Shown here: piece by piece, positions 1-12,134 of the stretch
How positions within the stretch are numbered: position 1 is the stretch's first letter
Layout of the letters: each line of letters opens with the position of its first letter
NCBI GenBank assembly: GCA_030324005.1
Contig: JARDVH010000154.1
Coordinates: 33,513,475-33,577,474, forward strand
Direction: 5' to 3'
Origin: Negaprion brevirostris
Lineage: Eukaryota
Length of the DNA stretch: 64,000 nt
Translations under genes and position numbers: made by a program
Notes under the pieces: generated by a model
Told to the model about the DNA's origin: nothing
The model's database searches: none
The model's input: only the letters and a program-made list of their open reading frames with translations

Positions 1-80
1 CTTATTGAATGGCGGGGCAGGCTCGAAGGGCTAGATGGCCGACTCCTGCTCCTATTTCTTATGTTCTTATGTTCTTTATG
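1..80 (+). mobile_element. CR1 LINE 3' tail
   Basis: gcaggctcgaagggctagatggccgactcctgctcctatt followed by (tcttatgt)n. Confidence 0.75.
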
Positions 81-865
81 TTCGTCATTATGCTCAATGA
101 AAGTATAACATCTATGTCAGCTGTTATTTTTCTTGTAGCTTTGGGCACAAGACTAAATCAACTAGTCTTCCTTACTCTGGGGTGCATCAGTTTGGTAGCT
201 CAGCAACTCCCCATGCCCACCTTATCCTCTATCCCACGTGCTAACATGCAGCTTAGGCAATTTTGAATACAACTATGGAACAGTGAGGTTAATGTCAAGT
301 TTCAATGTGTAAAATCCTCTGGATCTGATATCAGTCAACATCCTTCCAGACATTAATTTAGCAATAACGATTGAGGTGGTTTTGAGGAGGGGGGTGGTTT
401 CTCTCCATTTCTCTTTCATTACAGGGTGGGAGCTCAAGTTGGCATTTGATTCCACCCATGAGAATGGGCAGAGTGTCATTAATCTATTGAATTATTGAAG
501 AGAGGGGACATTGTGGCCAAACCCAATCCTGTCCTGACCTGGTATTCACACATACATAGTTCCCAATGGGAACAGGAACGGGAACTCTGGCAGATTATTT
601 TTCCATCTCCCTTTTTCCCTTCAGGAAGGAGCAGAACTCACATTATGGAAAATCTTTTCACATTCTCATTACACTCCAAAACACTTTATGGCCAATTAGT
701 TACTTTTGAAGTGTAGTCACTGTTGTTTTATAAACCTAAAACCTGTCCAGGCTCTGCTAAAAGGTTTTTGGCTCCGTTTCTCTCTCCACAGATGCTGCCT
801 GATCAGCTGAGTGATCTTTGGTTTTTATCTTTTTATCCCAAACGTAACCTTCAGTATTTTCAACT

Positions 866-959
866 GATTTGATTTATTGTCACATGTATTGGGATACAGT
901 GAAAAGTATTGTTTCTTGCACGCTACACAGACAAAACATACCATTCATAGAGTACATAG
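866..959. repeat. Interspersed repeat end, also present at ~1983-2090
   Basis: ~75 bp near-identical (gatacagtgaaaagtattgtttcttgcacgctacacagacaaaacataccattcatagagtacatag). Confidence 0.75.
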
Positions 960-1902
960 NNNNNNNNNNNNNNNNNNNNNNNNNNNNNNNNNNNNNNNNN
1001 NNNNNNNNNNNNNNNNNNNNNNNNNNNNNNNNNNNNNNNNNNNNNNNNNNNNNNNNNNNCACCCACCAGAGCTAAAAATGGATAGGCAAACAGGTGAGCA
1101 GCTTTGGAAACGGCTGTGATCTCTGGAAACTCCACCTCTCACCGACATCTGTGTTCTGCCACATTCAGATTCTGTTAATTAAACCATCGCCAATATGGCA
1201 CACTGAGGGAGGGAGTGTTTCGCTGCTTTCTGGTTACTTTGAAAAAGAATTTGAGATTTTGTAACATCCCTGGGTGAGGTGATTCACATCCTTTGACAGA
1301 GGTTTCTTAATAAGAGATCAAGAAATCACATTTATATAGCGCCTTTATGACAGCAGTAAAAGGGGAAAAGAAATTATGGTTAGGGGAAGGGGTGACAAGT
1401 GTTGAGAAACAGACGCAGCCACAGAAATCTGCAAAGATTGGGTGGCAGAGTTGCCTCTGATACATTGTGCTGTATTGGGCTAAAGGAGAATTTCTACGCT
1501 TCCAAAGAATTAAATGTTGAAGTGTTGACACTACCCTGATTATTATAGACCCATGGTTACCTTTCTACTTTCCCTTCTCTCTCTTTTCTCTCTCACTTTG
1601 CCACTTTCTCCATCTCTCTTTGTTTCTGTCTCCTTTAGTCCATTTATCTGTTTCTACTCACGGTTGTTCCCTGTTTCCTCCTACGGTGAGAAGTTGTTTT
1701 CTTTCCACACTATCCACAGCCGACATATAAGGTTGCAGTTTATTTCTGAATCAACAGCCCTCCATTGCTTGAACTCTTACTCAATCTGGTGAAGTCTTGT
1801 GTCGTGTTCTCCTGGGACTCTGCTAGGCTCAGCTGCAGAGGCTTTGGGAAAGCTACAATTGCCTTGAATCCCTCTGGGTTAAGGTGAGGGCAAATCAGAC
1901 AT

Positions 1903-1968
1903 GACCCAAGCTGGAATCGAACCCGGGTCTCTGGCACTGTGAGGCAGCAGCCCTAACCACTGTGCCAC
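1903..1968 (-). mobile_element. HE1-type SINE head fragment
   Basis: Reverse of gtggcacagtggttag..ccgggttcgattccagcttgggtc. Confidence 0.75.
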
Positions 1969-4019
1969 AGTGTTTGCCTATTGTATTAGGATACAGTGAA
2001 AAGTATTGTTTCTTGCACGCTACACAGACAAAACATACCATTCATAGAGTACATAGGGAAGGAAAGTAAAGGGTGCAGAATATAGTGTTTAAACAACATT
2101 GCCTTATTTCTATTATCTTTCTAAAAAAAAATTATTTCATTCGTGAAGTTACAAAGCCATTGCGCAGAGTGGACAGAGCGAGCCCTTTATTCATCTCCTT
2201 GCTCCAAAAACCAAATTCAATATGAATCCAATTCATGGTCCTACAAGAGAGATGTACAAGATCCAAGCTGATGAAAAAAAGCATTGAACCCATGTTGGGC
2301 TTGATCTGAACTACACTCAATCTTAGTCAAAAGACTGAGATGATCTTTATTTATGCTTTTATTACTACAGTACTGACCTTTGGAGAATGCACTCAACTAG
2401 GACTGGCTATCAGTGCACATTCCCATTTTAGTTCATCAGTTGTAACATCAACACTGCAGCAATGATATATCTTAACTCTAAATCTGAGGAGAAAAACTCT
2501 GATGTAACTTTGTAACATTTTCCAATTCTCCGTGCCAGCCATTCCCACATCTGCCAATTCAGTAACAAATTAGGGGCAATTTTAATGCTGCTCACTCCCA
2601 CTAGGGGCGTCTCATTTCATACAGGATCCTGAGTTAATACAGAAAATGTTACTTTCATCAACTTTAACGAGATAAATTCTCAGGTCTTAGAGCCATCTAT
2701 AGCCAACGCAGTATGTTCATCTGTATCTATACATTAAAACTCATAGAAACACCTAATATCTATTACAATTTTTGATCACGCTCTCGCAGCACTATTTAAC
2801 ACTGTAAAGTGCTGCGCCCATTTTGTTTAATGCTCCTTTAAAGCACATTGGAATAATTTAGGTGTTATATAAATATAACTTGTTGTTGTCAACAATTCCA
2901 AGGCTTTTGTTGTCATTTGTCACAATGTGGTTGCAGATTCTGGAGTGCTGGATACTTCCACAGATCAAACATCTGAATGTATCTCCCTCCCCTACACAAG
3001 AAATTTTCTATGTATCTAAATACTCCGCGTGGAACTTGAATTAGTAGAAAGGATGCAAAGTTCTTCAAGACATTCAGATAATAATTTTTTAAATGTTGAA
3101 GTTTGACCTCACAGGCTCAGGAAGATTGGAATGCTATATTAGAAAAGCAGCAATTTCAGAAGCAGCAGAACAGATTTAGTTTGCAGGGAAGAATTGAAAA
3201 CTCACTAAAGAATGATAAAACAATGTATATTTCTCTGAAAGAATACAGCTTGCATTTGTTTTGTAGCCTGTGGTGGTCCTATTGCATTGTAGCATTGAAC
3301 CCTGTTTCACTATTGGATGAGGAGAACTGGCCTCAGAGAAGGTAAGAGAGATGGTTGAAGATGAGTTCAGATTCAGGTCAATACAATACACCAGAAAGTC
3401 TCAAAAATGAAAAGTATCTCAACCTCACATAGGGATGATATATCATAATGTTGCTTTGGTCGGTTCCTGTTACCTTGTATTTATTTTCATATCTAAACAG
3501 TCAAGGACAACAGGAAATACAGGAATTTTTGACATGTATAAAATCAAGACCTCCTTGTTTTGATGGGAGCCTAGTGTTTATTTCTGTATCATTCCCTTTG
3601 AGGATAATTTGTGGCGTGTATAAACATATTCAGAGAGAAATTATATAACTGCGTCAGTAATTTGATACAGCAATTCAAAATTTCAGGCACTGAAAAAAAT
3701 AACAAAAGCATCAAGATTGCAAATAATTCTTGGAGACTTACAACCAATGCAAGTGTTAAATGTACACAAAAGGATGCAGAAAATAAGATAATACAATGTT
3801 GGATTATTAATGAGTAAACTAGGAGCTAGCACAAATGACCAGGTCATTTTGTTGCCTTAGAATAAAAATACTCAACTTCTCTTGCAGAATTAAATTAAAA
3901 ATGAAGGCATACTGAGCAATGTTTTTTTAAACATTGTCAGTAATTCAGAGTCGTGCTTTAACGGATGTCAGTCATCTTATCATCTGAAATAAAACTCCCA
4001 AACAGGCTCAGTCAGTCAT

Positions 4020-4929
4020 GAATGATCAGTGCATTTTATTCATCACAGTACAAAAATAAATAGAAATTAAAAAAATCAACATAAAACACAGCCACAGCTG
4101 TTTACAGCATTGTGACACCAATATTCTCAATTTCACCCGCGCACACACGCACACATACACCCTACAGACATACAACACATACACATACAAACATACACCC
4201 TACAGACATACAACACATACACATACAAACATACACCCTACAGACATACAATACGTAACACCGTTTGGTCAACAGAGATTTTGCTTCTCCTTAAATAACA
4301 AATTGCACTGGGAAACATGTTCGTAAATATTAGCACTTTCAAAATGTACAGCTGAAGTCTCTTCGAATAGACTTTCCGCGTGGAAAATGGCACATCTCTG
4401 CAGGTTCCGCTATCACCTGATTTCAAAACTGGAGACAGAAGAAACTGTTTTTGTTGTTGTTAAATCCCTTCGTCTCCGTGTTGATAAATACTTCTTCAAA
4501 ACATTTATAGTCAAAAAAAAGTCCAAATACTCAATATTTTCCTTGTGTGTTGTGTTTTCTTTTTGCCGCGTGGAGTGTTGCTAGTCAGTTGTACTAATAT
4601 AGATTTCAGGGACACACATACTCTTTTGCATGCACAATAACCACTGGAGCGATTTAAAGAGAGATAGAGGAGGAGGAAATGAAACGTGCCGTTTTTGCAG
4701 GACGGGTTGTAAATTTTTGTTCTAAAACACTTGTTTTTTTTTAGCAGCATGGAAATAAATCCCTTTTTGTTTTAAATGTCTGTTACTAGAACCCCCAAGA
4801 CACTGAAAGGAAAAATGTTGCACACTCAAGTCCCATCGAGGTATCGGTTACACGCTCTCATCGATTCTCGGTGTATTAAAGTGTCGGTGTCTCTGGAAAT
4901 GGGTGGTGGGGTGGGGTGGGGAACAGCAG
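4020..4929 (-). other. CDK5R1: CDK5R1 3'UTR with AATAAA at 4035-4040
   Basis: U-rich sequence follows the stop codon; plus-strand tttatt at 4035-4040 is preceded in the mRNA by a U-rich tract and TGTA motif. The end point is inferred. Confidence 0.65.
4153..4251. repeat. 38-bp tandem repeat, ~2.6 copies (acatacaccctacagacatacaacacatacacatacaa)
   Basis: Identical units start at 4153, 4191 and 4229. Confidence 0.9.
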
Positions 4930-5805
4930 TCACCGATCCAAGCCCAGGAGGATGCGGCCGCGGTCATCCTGGTTGCACTCGTTCTTGAGGTCGGCGAAGA
5001 CCTGGGTGAAGAAGTGGGGGTCGGCGTTAATCTGGAGCATCTTGGCACTCATGCCGTTGATGATGCTGAGGCAGCGTTCCCAAAAGGCTTCCTTGCAGCT
5101 CTCCACCAGGAAGGGCTTGAGCGGGTACGAGATCTCGTTGCCCATGTAGGAGTAGGACAGGTAGAGGCAGGTCAGCAGGCTGGCCTGCAGGTCGTGCTCG
5201 CTGGCCACCTCCGAGGAGATCACATCCCGGCACAGCATGTACACAAAGACCACGTTGGCCGGGGTGACGAAGCCCTGGTCTTGCCAGCCCTGGAGCAGCA
5301 GCGAGCGGTCCACACTCCGCAGCCACAGCACCGGCTCGCTGGGGGAGAGCTGCTTGAGGCGGTAACACCTCCGGCACAGGAACTCGCCCAGGCACTTGAG
5401 CAGCTCGCTGGTGGAAGCCTGGACTATCACCCTCTTGGGGGAGCTGGGGCTGGCGCTGCTCTGCTGGGGGCTCTTCTTCGCCGAGCTCTTGCTGTTGGGC
5501 AGCTGGCTGGGGCGCTGGGCAGGCGGCTGGGCGAAGGTGGACAGATTGGCACAAGACAGCGACTTCTTCAGGTTCTCGTTGTTGAGGTGGGTGACGTTGT
5601 TCTGGTAGCTGTTGGGATTGACCTTCTTGGAGTTCTTCTTCTTGCTGGAGACGGCCACGATGCGCTTCCAGGGCAGCACCGAGATGATGGAGTGCCGCTT
5701 GAGGTTCTTCTCCTTGGAGTTCTTGCTGTTCTGCACCGCCGTGTACTGACCCACCGTGGCCGAGCCATCCTCAAAGAGGGCCGCCTTCCTGTAGCTGGGG
5801 GAGAG
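4930..5805 (-). CDS. CDK5R1: Cyclin-dependent kinase 5 activator 1 (p35), 5'-partial; start (MGTVLS expected) falls in the N gap at 5806-6101
   Basis: Frame is open from the gap edge ([29 protein letters not shown]...) to ...LLGLDR-TGA (4930-4932). It contains p35 hallmark segments [63 protein letters not shown] and [18 protein letters not shown]. The ORF-track 'M' at 5754 is an internal GTG (Val). Adjacent to PSMD11 as in human. Confidence 0.97.
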   Translation of the reverse strand, partial: LSPSYRKAALFEDGSATVGQYTAVQNSKNSKEKNLKRHSIISVLPWKRIVAVSSKKKNSKKVNPNSYQNNVTHLNNENLKKSLSCANLSTFAQPPAQRPSQLPNSKSSAKKSPQQSSASPSSPKRVIVQASTSELLKCLGEFLCRRCYRLKQLSPSEPVLWLRSVDRSLLLQGWQDQGFVTPANVVFVYMLCRDVISSEVASEHDLQASLLTCLYLSYSYMGNEISYPLKPFLVESCKEAFWERCLSIINGMSAKMLQINADPHFFTQVFADLKNECNQDDRGRILLGLDR

Positions 5806-6799
5806 NNNNNNNNNNNNNNNNNNNNNNNNNNNNNNNNNNNNNNNNNNNNNNNNNNNNNNNNNNNNNNNNNNNNNNNNNNNNNNNNNNNNNNNNNNNNNNN
5901 NNNNNNNNNNNNNNNNNNNNNNNNNNNNNNNNNNNNNNNNNNNNNNNNNNNNNNNNNNNNNNNNNNNNNNNNNNNNNNNNNNNNNNNNNNNNNNNNNNNN
6001 NNNNNNNNNNNNNNNNNNNNNNNNNNNNNNNNNNNNNNNNNNNNNNNNNNNNNNNNNNNNNNNNNNNNNNNNNNNNNNNNNNNNNNNNNNNNNNNNNNNN
6101 NGGGGGATGGGGCTGGGGTGAGGCTGGGGCTGGCACTGGGGGTACCGATGAATCTCTGTCTCTCCTCAGTCTCTGGCAGGATGCTGCGGATTTTGGGCTG
6201 CTCTCACTGCGGGCTGCCCTGTGCCCAGTTTACAGATCTCCCTTGGCAGTTGCAAAATGGAATTTAATAAAAACAACAGGATATAATCCAGATCTTCTGC
6301 AGTCTCTCAGGTTCAGCTCCAATCTGCTGGTGGAAAGCTGCACTCAGATGAATGTCTTGTGTGTCAGTCAGTGTTGGAGCAGACAGCACGCTGCGGTAAA
6401 ATGTCTCTCAGTCTCTCCAGGTCCACACACACAAAAAAAGCTTTCCTTCCTCTGCGGCGAGGCTGGGCTCCGTCTCCCTCCTCCCGGTTACAGGATGAAT
6501 CCTCCTCCGGCCTTTGGGGATGAAGGGTTGTCTCTCCTCCTTCCCCGCTCCCTCTCTGGGTGAATTCTCTCTGTGTCTAAGCCGGGGGTTGCTTTCCCAG
6601 CTGCATGTTGCGGGAGCTGGGGCCAGCGTCCTACCCTGGAGTCGAACCAGGATCAGAGCAGAAAGGGATGGTGTGTGCCTCTCCCTCCCTGCAAACGCCT
6701 CGCTTTCCTCCCCTCCCGTCTCTCTCTGTGTGTCTCTGATCCTCCTTCTGCATCTGCCGCTTCCTCACTGAAACTGTGTGTTTTTTTGCCTCCGCCTCT

Positions 6800-6900
6800 C
6801 ACACTCCGCCTCCCTCCAGTCATAACACACAGCGCCTTCCAAATAGGGGAAGCGTATTATAATGTCGCTTTAACCCTTCAGCTGCCGCCAATAGCCCAGG
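6800..6900 (-). promoter_or_regulatory. Candidate CDK5R1 core promoter
   Basis: TATA-like TTATAATA (6855-6862, minus strand), CCAAT at 6888-6892, one-mismatch CArG-like ccaaataggg (6839-6848), then purine-rich CpG-containing leader-like sequence running toward the CDS. Confidence 0.35.
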
Positions 6901-7083
6901 CTCAGTTTTAAATGGGTATTTCTAAAGACAGCAGTCCAGCTGTCCACTGAATAACGACAAGCAAATCTGTGGTTTACAAAGGCAAAATTTTCAGGAGAAA
7001 TCTAAGGCAAAAACAGAAAAGGCGAGGGAAAAAAAACCTCAGCAGGTTTGGCAGCATCTCTCTGTGAGAGTTTCTCATAGGAT

Positions 7084-7378
7084 GGCAGGGTGGCACAGTG
7101 CTTAGCACTGCTGCTTTACAGCACCAGGAACCTGTGTTCAATTCCCAGCTTGGCTCACTGTCTGTGCAGAGTCTACACGTTCTCCCCGTGTCTGTGAGGG
7201 TTTCCTCTGGGTGCTCCGGTTTCTTTCCACAGTCTGAAAGATGTGCTGGTTAGGGTGCATTGGCCATGCTGAATTCAGTGTACCCGAACAGGTGCCGGAG
7301 TGTGGCGACTAGGGGATTTTCACAGTAACTTCATTTCAGTGTTAATGTAAGCATACTTGTGACACTAATAAATAAACT
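7084..7378 (+). mobile_element. HE1-type tRNA-derived V-SINE with alternative 3' tail
   Basis: A/B boxes (tggcacagtgc..gttcaattcc), V-domain gggtttcctctgggtgctccggtttc, tail ..gtaagcatacttgtgacactaataaataaac. Confidence 0.85.
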
Positions 7379-9619
7379 CCCTTCCCAGAGCTGTTGAGAT
7401 TTTTCTGTGATTCATTTTTCATTGCTTGCTATATGCAAATTGGCTGTTGCACACCTACATTAACTTCAAACCTATTTATTTGACTATAAAATGCTTTGGA
7501 AAGTTGTGACACTGTGAAAAGCCCAAACGCCTCCTTTCCAAAGCATATTAACTTTTCTAGGTGTTGTTTTGGGTGAGCTCTATGCTTACTCACTTTTTGA
7601 AACTAATGTCTTAATGTTAACCATGCAGAACAGGGAAGAAGCTTTTCATGTGATGACTAGTTAGGGTCTGGGATACACTCTGCTAAGAATGTAGTGGAGG
7701 CAGCCTCAATCATAGCATCCAAAAGACTGATATCTGAAAAAGAAGAATGTTCAGGGTCGCAGGGTGATGGCAGGGGAGTGGCACTAAGTGAGTTTCTCAT
7801 CCAGAGAGCCAGCACAGACACAATGGGCCGAATGACCTGCTTCTGTGTTGTAATAGTTCTGTGAGACTGCATGAAGGAAAATAGAACAAACTTGTAATTA
7901 TACAATCCCTAAAGCAGACACATGCCACAGATCATTTATCCTACATAAACTATGCAAGAAAACATTGCTACATGAGGTGTAGCGGAGGGAGTGTTTGTGT
8001 TATTGTACAAGACCTATTTAGTTTTAAGTTTTTCCCAGCAACTGGTGAAATGTGACGTGGAAGAGTTGAAAAGAACTACAAAATAAAAGTTTGAGTATTT
8101 TTGATGTGGTAATACAGCGTTGGGACAAATAATTCAGAAGACGTTATTGAGTTACAGAGTCAGCATTATAAATGCAAGGGTTATCACAGGNNNNNNNNNN
8201 CACAGGATCGAATGCAAGTACATTAAGAGGAGCATCTGGAGCCAGATCTGCTATTAACTTCCAGGTCAAGCCCCCAGCCCGTGTTCATTTCTGACTTAAG
8301 GTCATTAGTTCTCCACAGCCTGACAGCAACCTCTGGTTTCTCTTATCCCGTGGGTGTTAGCAGAGAGGCCAGTGACTGGGGGGCATAGATTTAAATTGAT
8401 TGATAGAGAGATTAGAGGGGGGAATGAGGAAAAATGTTTTTGCCCAGAGGGTAGTCTGGATGAGGTCAGAAACCCTCATCTCAGTTAAAATGAGTCCAGA
8501 TGCACACGTCAAATGCTGTAGTCAGCAAGGGACAGAGACCAAATGCTGGAAAGTGAGATTAGATAGGCAAGGTGACTCAGCACATACACGATGGGCAGAG
8601 TGGCCTTTCCCTGGACCATAAACAGTCAATGATTCTGTGAATTTATAATGGACCTTTCACCCTAATGTTATGTCAGTAAAAGAACATTGTGAGCACTTTG
8701 TACAAACTGAATAAGAACATATCCAAGACAGACTAACAATGGGATCAAACATTTGAGGGAAAACAGAAAGACGATGATAAGTGAGAGCTCATGACAGCTG
8801 AAAGAGAGGGAGGCAGGGAGAGAGAGAGATAGGGGATGCAAATAGAATTAGAGAGTGGAGGGGAGAAAGAGTTAAAGAAGAGAGGTTTTAATTTTCCTAT
8901 GTGGGCCATGCCACAGAAGATGAACAAGTTCTTGATTAGACATATTGTTACAAAATCAGCACATTTCCTACACTGAGCGATGGTAGAGTGGGGAATTTTA
9001 TTTTTAAACGATGTCACATTTATAATGAGTTTGCTGGGGCGGGTGTGATCATTGTTTGTAATTATGGCTGCCGTAATAACCAAGAATACAAAATTAAGGG
9101 CTGATTGCGAGCTTTTCAAAAGTTGGTTTTAAAAACTGGGATAAGGTCAAGGGANNNNNNNNNNNNNNNNNNNNNNNNNNNNNNNNNNNNNNNNNNNNNN
9201 NNNNNNNNNNNNNNNNNNNNNNNNNNNNNNNNNNNNNNNNNNNNNNNNNNNNNNNNNNNNNNNNNNNNNNNNNNNNNNNNNNNNNNNNNNNNNNNNNNNN
9301 NNNNNNNNNNNNNNNNNNNNNNNNNNNNNNNNNNNNNNNNNNNNNNNNNNNNNNNNNNNNNNNNNNNNNNNNNNNNNNNNNNNNNNNNNNNNNNNNNNNN
9401 NNNNNNNNNNNNNNNNNNNNNNNNNNNNNNNNNNNNNNNNNNNNNNNNNNNNNNNNNNNNNNCTGACTTGTTGTCTAGGTCCAGAGCTTCTGATTTAGAT
9501 CCACTTGTATAGATGTAACTTTTTAACTGTGTTTTTGAGGCAGACATGAAAGTTATGAACTGTGTCTTAGTTGGTAGCTCAAAGGCAGCAGGTCCAGGAC
9601 CTAATCCAGAGGCTTTTGT

Positions 9620-10270
9620 TTTATTGCTTTATGGGATGTGGCCATTGCTCATAGATTCACCACTCGTTCCCCACCCCAAATTTCCATTGAGAAGGTGGCG
9701 GTGAGCTACCTTCTTGAACTGCCGCTGACCATCTGCTGTAGGTACACCTGTGGTGCTGTTAGGAAAGGTGTTCCAGGATTTTGACCCAGTGCCAGTGAAG
9801 GAACAGTGATAATGTTTCAAGTGAGGATGATGCCTGACTTGGCGTGGAACCTGCAGGTTGTCATTGTGCATCTGTTACCCTCGTCCTCCTTACAGGGGCT
9901 GCAGGTTTGGCAGGTGATGTTGAAGCAGGCTTGCCAACATGCTGCAGTGTATCTTGTAGATGGTACACACTGTGCTGGGGGGGGAGAGTGAATATTTAAG
10001 GTGGTGGGTGGGTGGGAAGCTGATCCAGTTGGCTGCTTTCTCCTACATGGTGTCAAGCTTCTTGACTTTTGTTGGAGTCACACATATCCAGGCAAGTGGA
10101 GAAACCGAAAGACCCTGCCACCACCCCCGCACCACCCCTCCAGGTAAGTGGAGAGTATAACATCACACTCCTGAATTGTGCCTTGTAGATGATGGACAGG
10201 CTTCAGGGAATCAGGAGGTGAGTTACTCATGAAGGAATTTCCAATCTCTGATCAACGCTTCTGACCACAT
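9620..10270 (-). mobile_element. Second LINE family (CR1/L2-like) 3' fragment
   Basis: SFTGTGSKSWNTFPN..FKKVAHRHLL C-terminal motif; related sequence at 13700-13840, 41960-42110 and 47170-49310. Confidence 0.75.
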
Positions 10271-10630
10271 TATATATACATATCTATTACTAATTCAGCA
10301 TGAGATCTATCTAGGCTGACTCTTCAATGCTGAACTGAGTTAGTACTTAATTATTGGAGATGCCATATTTTGGATGAGATGTTGAAACAAGACCCCCTCT
10401 TCCTCTTTAGACGGACATAAAAGATCCCATGTGGAAGCTCCGCACAACCCCTCATCGCTAAAACTAAATTACCAGGTCATCATTGCATTGGGCGCTTGCT
10501 GTGCTGTGTTTTCCTACATTAAAGCAGCACATTAACCTGTATTAAAGCACTTCCTCCTCATCAGGTACCAGGCCCAAAGAGAGCATTGACCACCATGGAC
10601 TACCACTGGATTGGTCCATGTTCATCCATG

Positions 10631-10730
10631 ACAAAAACAGAAAACGCTGGAAAATCTCAGCAGGTCTGACAGCATCTACGGAGAGAGAATAGAGCCAACG
10701 TTGTGAGTCTGGATGACCCTTTATCAGAGC
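10631..10730 (-). mobile_element. Solo Penelope pLTR fragment with degenerate hammerhead motif
   Basis: Minus strand gctctgataagggtcatccagactcacaacgttggct..agatgctgtcagacctgctgag, flanked by ccatg on both sides. Relatives at ~750-830, 7010-7070, 14950-15080 and 23940-24030. Confidence 0.7.
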
Positions 10731-11798
10731 CCATGATTTTATTNNNNNNNNNNNNNNNNNNNNNNNNNNNNNNNNNNNNNNNNNNNNNNNNNNNNNNNNN
10801 NNNNNNNNNNNNNNNNNNNNNNNNNNNNNNNNNNNNNNNNNNNNNNNNNNNNNNNNNNNNNNNNNNNNNNNNNNNNNNNNNNNNNNNNNNNNNNNNNNNN
10901 NNNNNNNNNNNNNNNNNNNNNNGTAATCGCTGCACCACAAAATCTCCACAAAAACCCTTTGGAAACAGTTAATTGACATTAAAGCATTTTGGGAAGTTCT
11001 GGGGTTGTGAAAGACGGTATAGAAATCTAAGTACTTTCCTTTCTCTTTCATATGAAGCTCAGCAATTTGGTTATTACCCTCGTGTGGTGCTGTTCTAAAT
11101 GCAGATATCAGTATATCATATTTATAACATGCTAGCTCATGCAGGCAACTGCATTCATTTTCTAATCCTGGAACCAAGACTGTGGTTATACATTAAAGCC
11201 TTGCTTTGTGGTTTGCCATTTTATCCAAACTCTTTGCTGTCTTGCAGTCCAGTCAGTCATTAGCTGCTACTTAATATATAATGGCCGCAGAACTCAATGT
11301 TTATGAGAAAGCACAAATATGATTATCATTTATATTCTAGTTTGAACATCAGGATGACATTGATGACATGATGCTCGTGTTGACATCTGGGCTGACAGCT
11401 GCTGTTCCTATAAACACAAATCAAATTGACTAAAACCATCCATTAGTTTTGCAGTATAATGAAAAATACACACATTCTCTCCACCCAGGCGATTTCAAGA
11501 CAGTGAGCTAATCCCTGGGTTTGCACCATTAGAGACCATTCAACTGTTGTCCAGAGAGTTTACTCTGAATCATGAATCAATTATATTACTGCCTCAGTCA
11601 CTTGCAGGCATTTATCGTATTCTCGTCACCTGTGGTTCAGTGTGGGTCCAGACAAGAAGTTTGTGGATTTAAGTTTTAAGATGTATGAGGGAGCTGATCT
11701 TGGTGTCCTGGCCAATTCCTCAGCCAACATTGCTAAAACAAAATGATCAAATTATCATTGCATTGGGTACTTGTTGTGCTATGTGACCCTACATTAAT

Positions 11799-12134
11799 GA
11801 TGCAGAGGTGCTGGCGTTGGACTGGGGTTAGCACAGTAAGAAGTCTCATTACACCAGGTTAAAGTCCACTAGCTTTCGGAGTCTTCATCAGGCGAGTGAG
11901 GATTTGTGTTCACGAACAGGGCATATAATGACACAAACTCAATTTTAAGACTTTACTCAATTGTAAAGACTTGCATTCCAACCATTATTTTGTAAATTGA
12001 GCTTGTGTCTTTCTATGCCCTGTTTGTGAACACAAGTCCTCACTGACTTGATGAAGGAGCCTGAGACTCTGAAAGCTAGTGCTGCCAAATAAACCTGTTG
12101 GACTTTAACCTGGTGTTGTGAGACTTCTTACTGT
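11799..12134. mobile_element. Fold-back Penelope-type element, copy 1
   Basis: Arms acagtaagaagtctc..ccaggttaaagtcca.. and ..tggactttaacctgg..gagacttcttactgt, each over 100 bp, with a hammerhead-like core in each arm. Confidence 0.8.

Noticed and set aside
3115-3341. Exon-like segment on the plus strand (cacag...AAG|gtaaga)
   Set aside because: Weak polypyrimidine tract, no recognisable protein (not MYO1D-like to my reading) and no partner exons.
5027-5554. 175-aa alternative-frame ORF within CDK5R1
   Set aside because: Expected by-product of high GC; non-ATG start and low-complexity product.
4903-6267. 454-aa plus-strand ORF antisense to CDK5R1
   Set aside because: Mirror frame of a GC3-rich CDS, extended artificially through 296 Ns; no recognisable domain.
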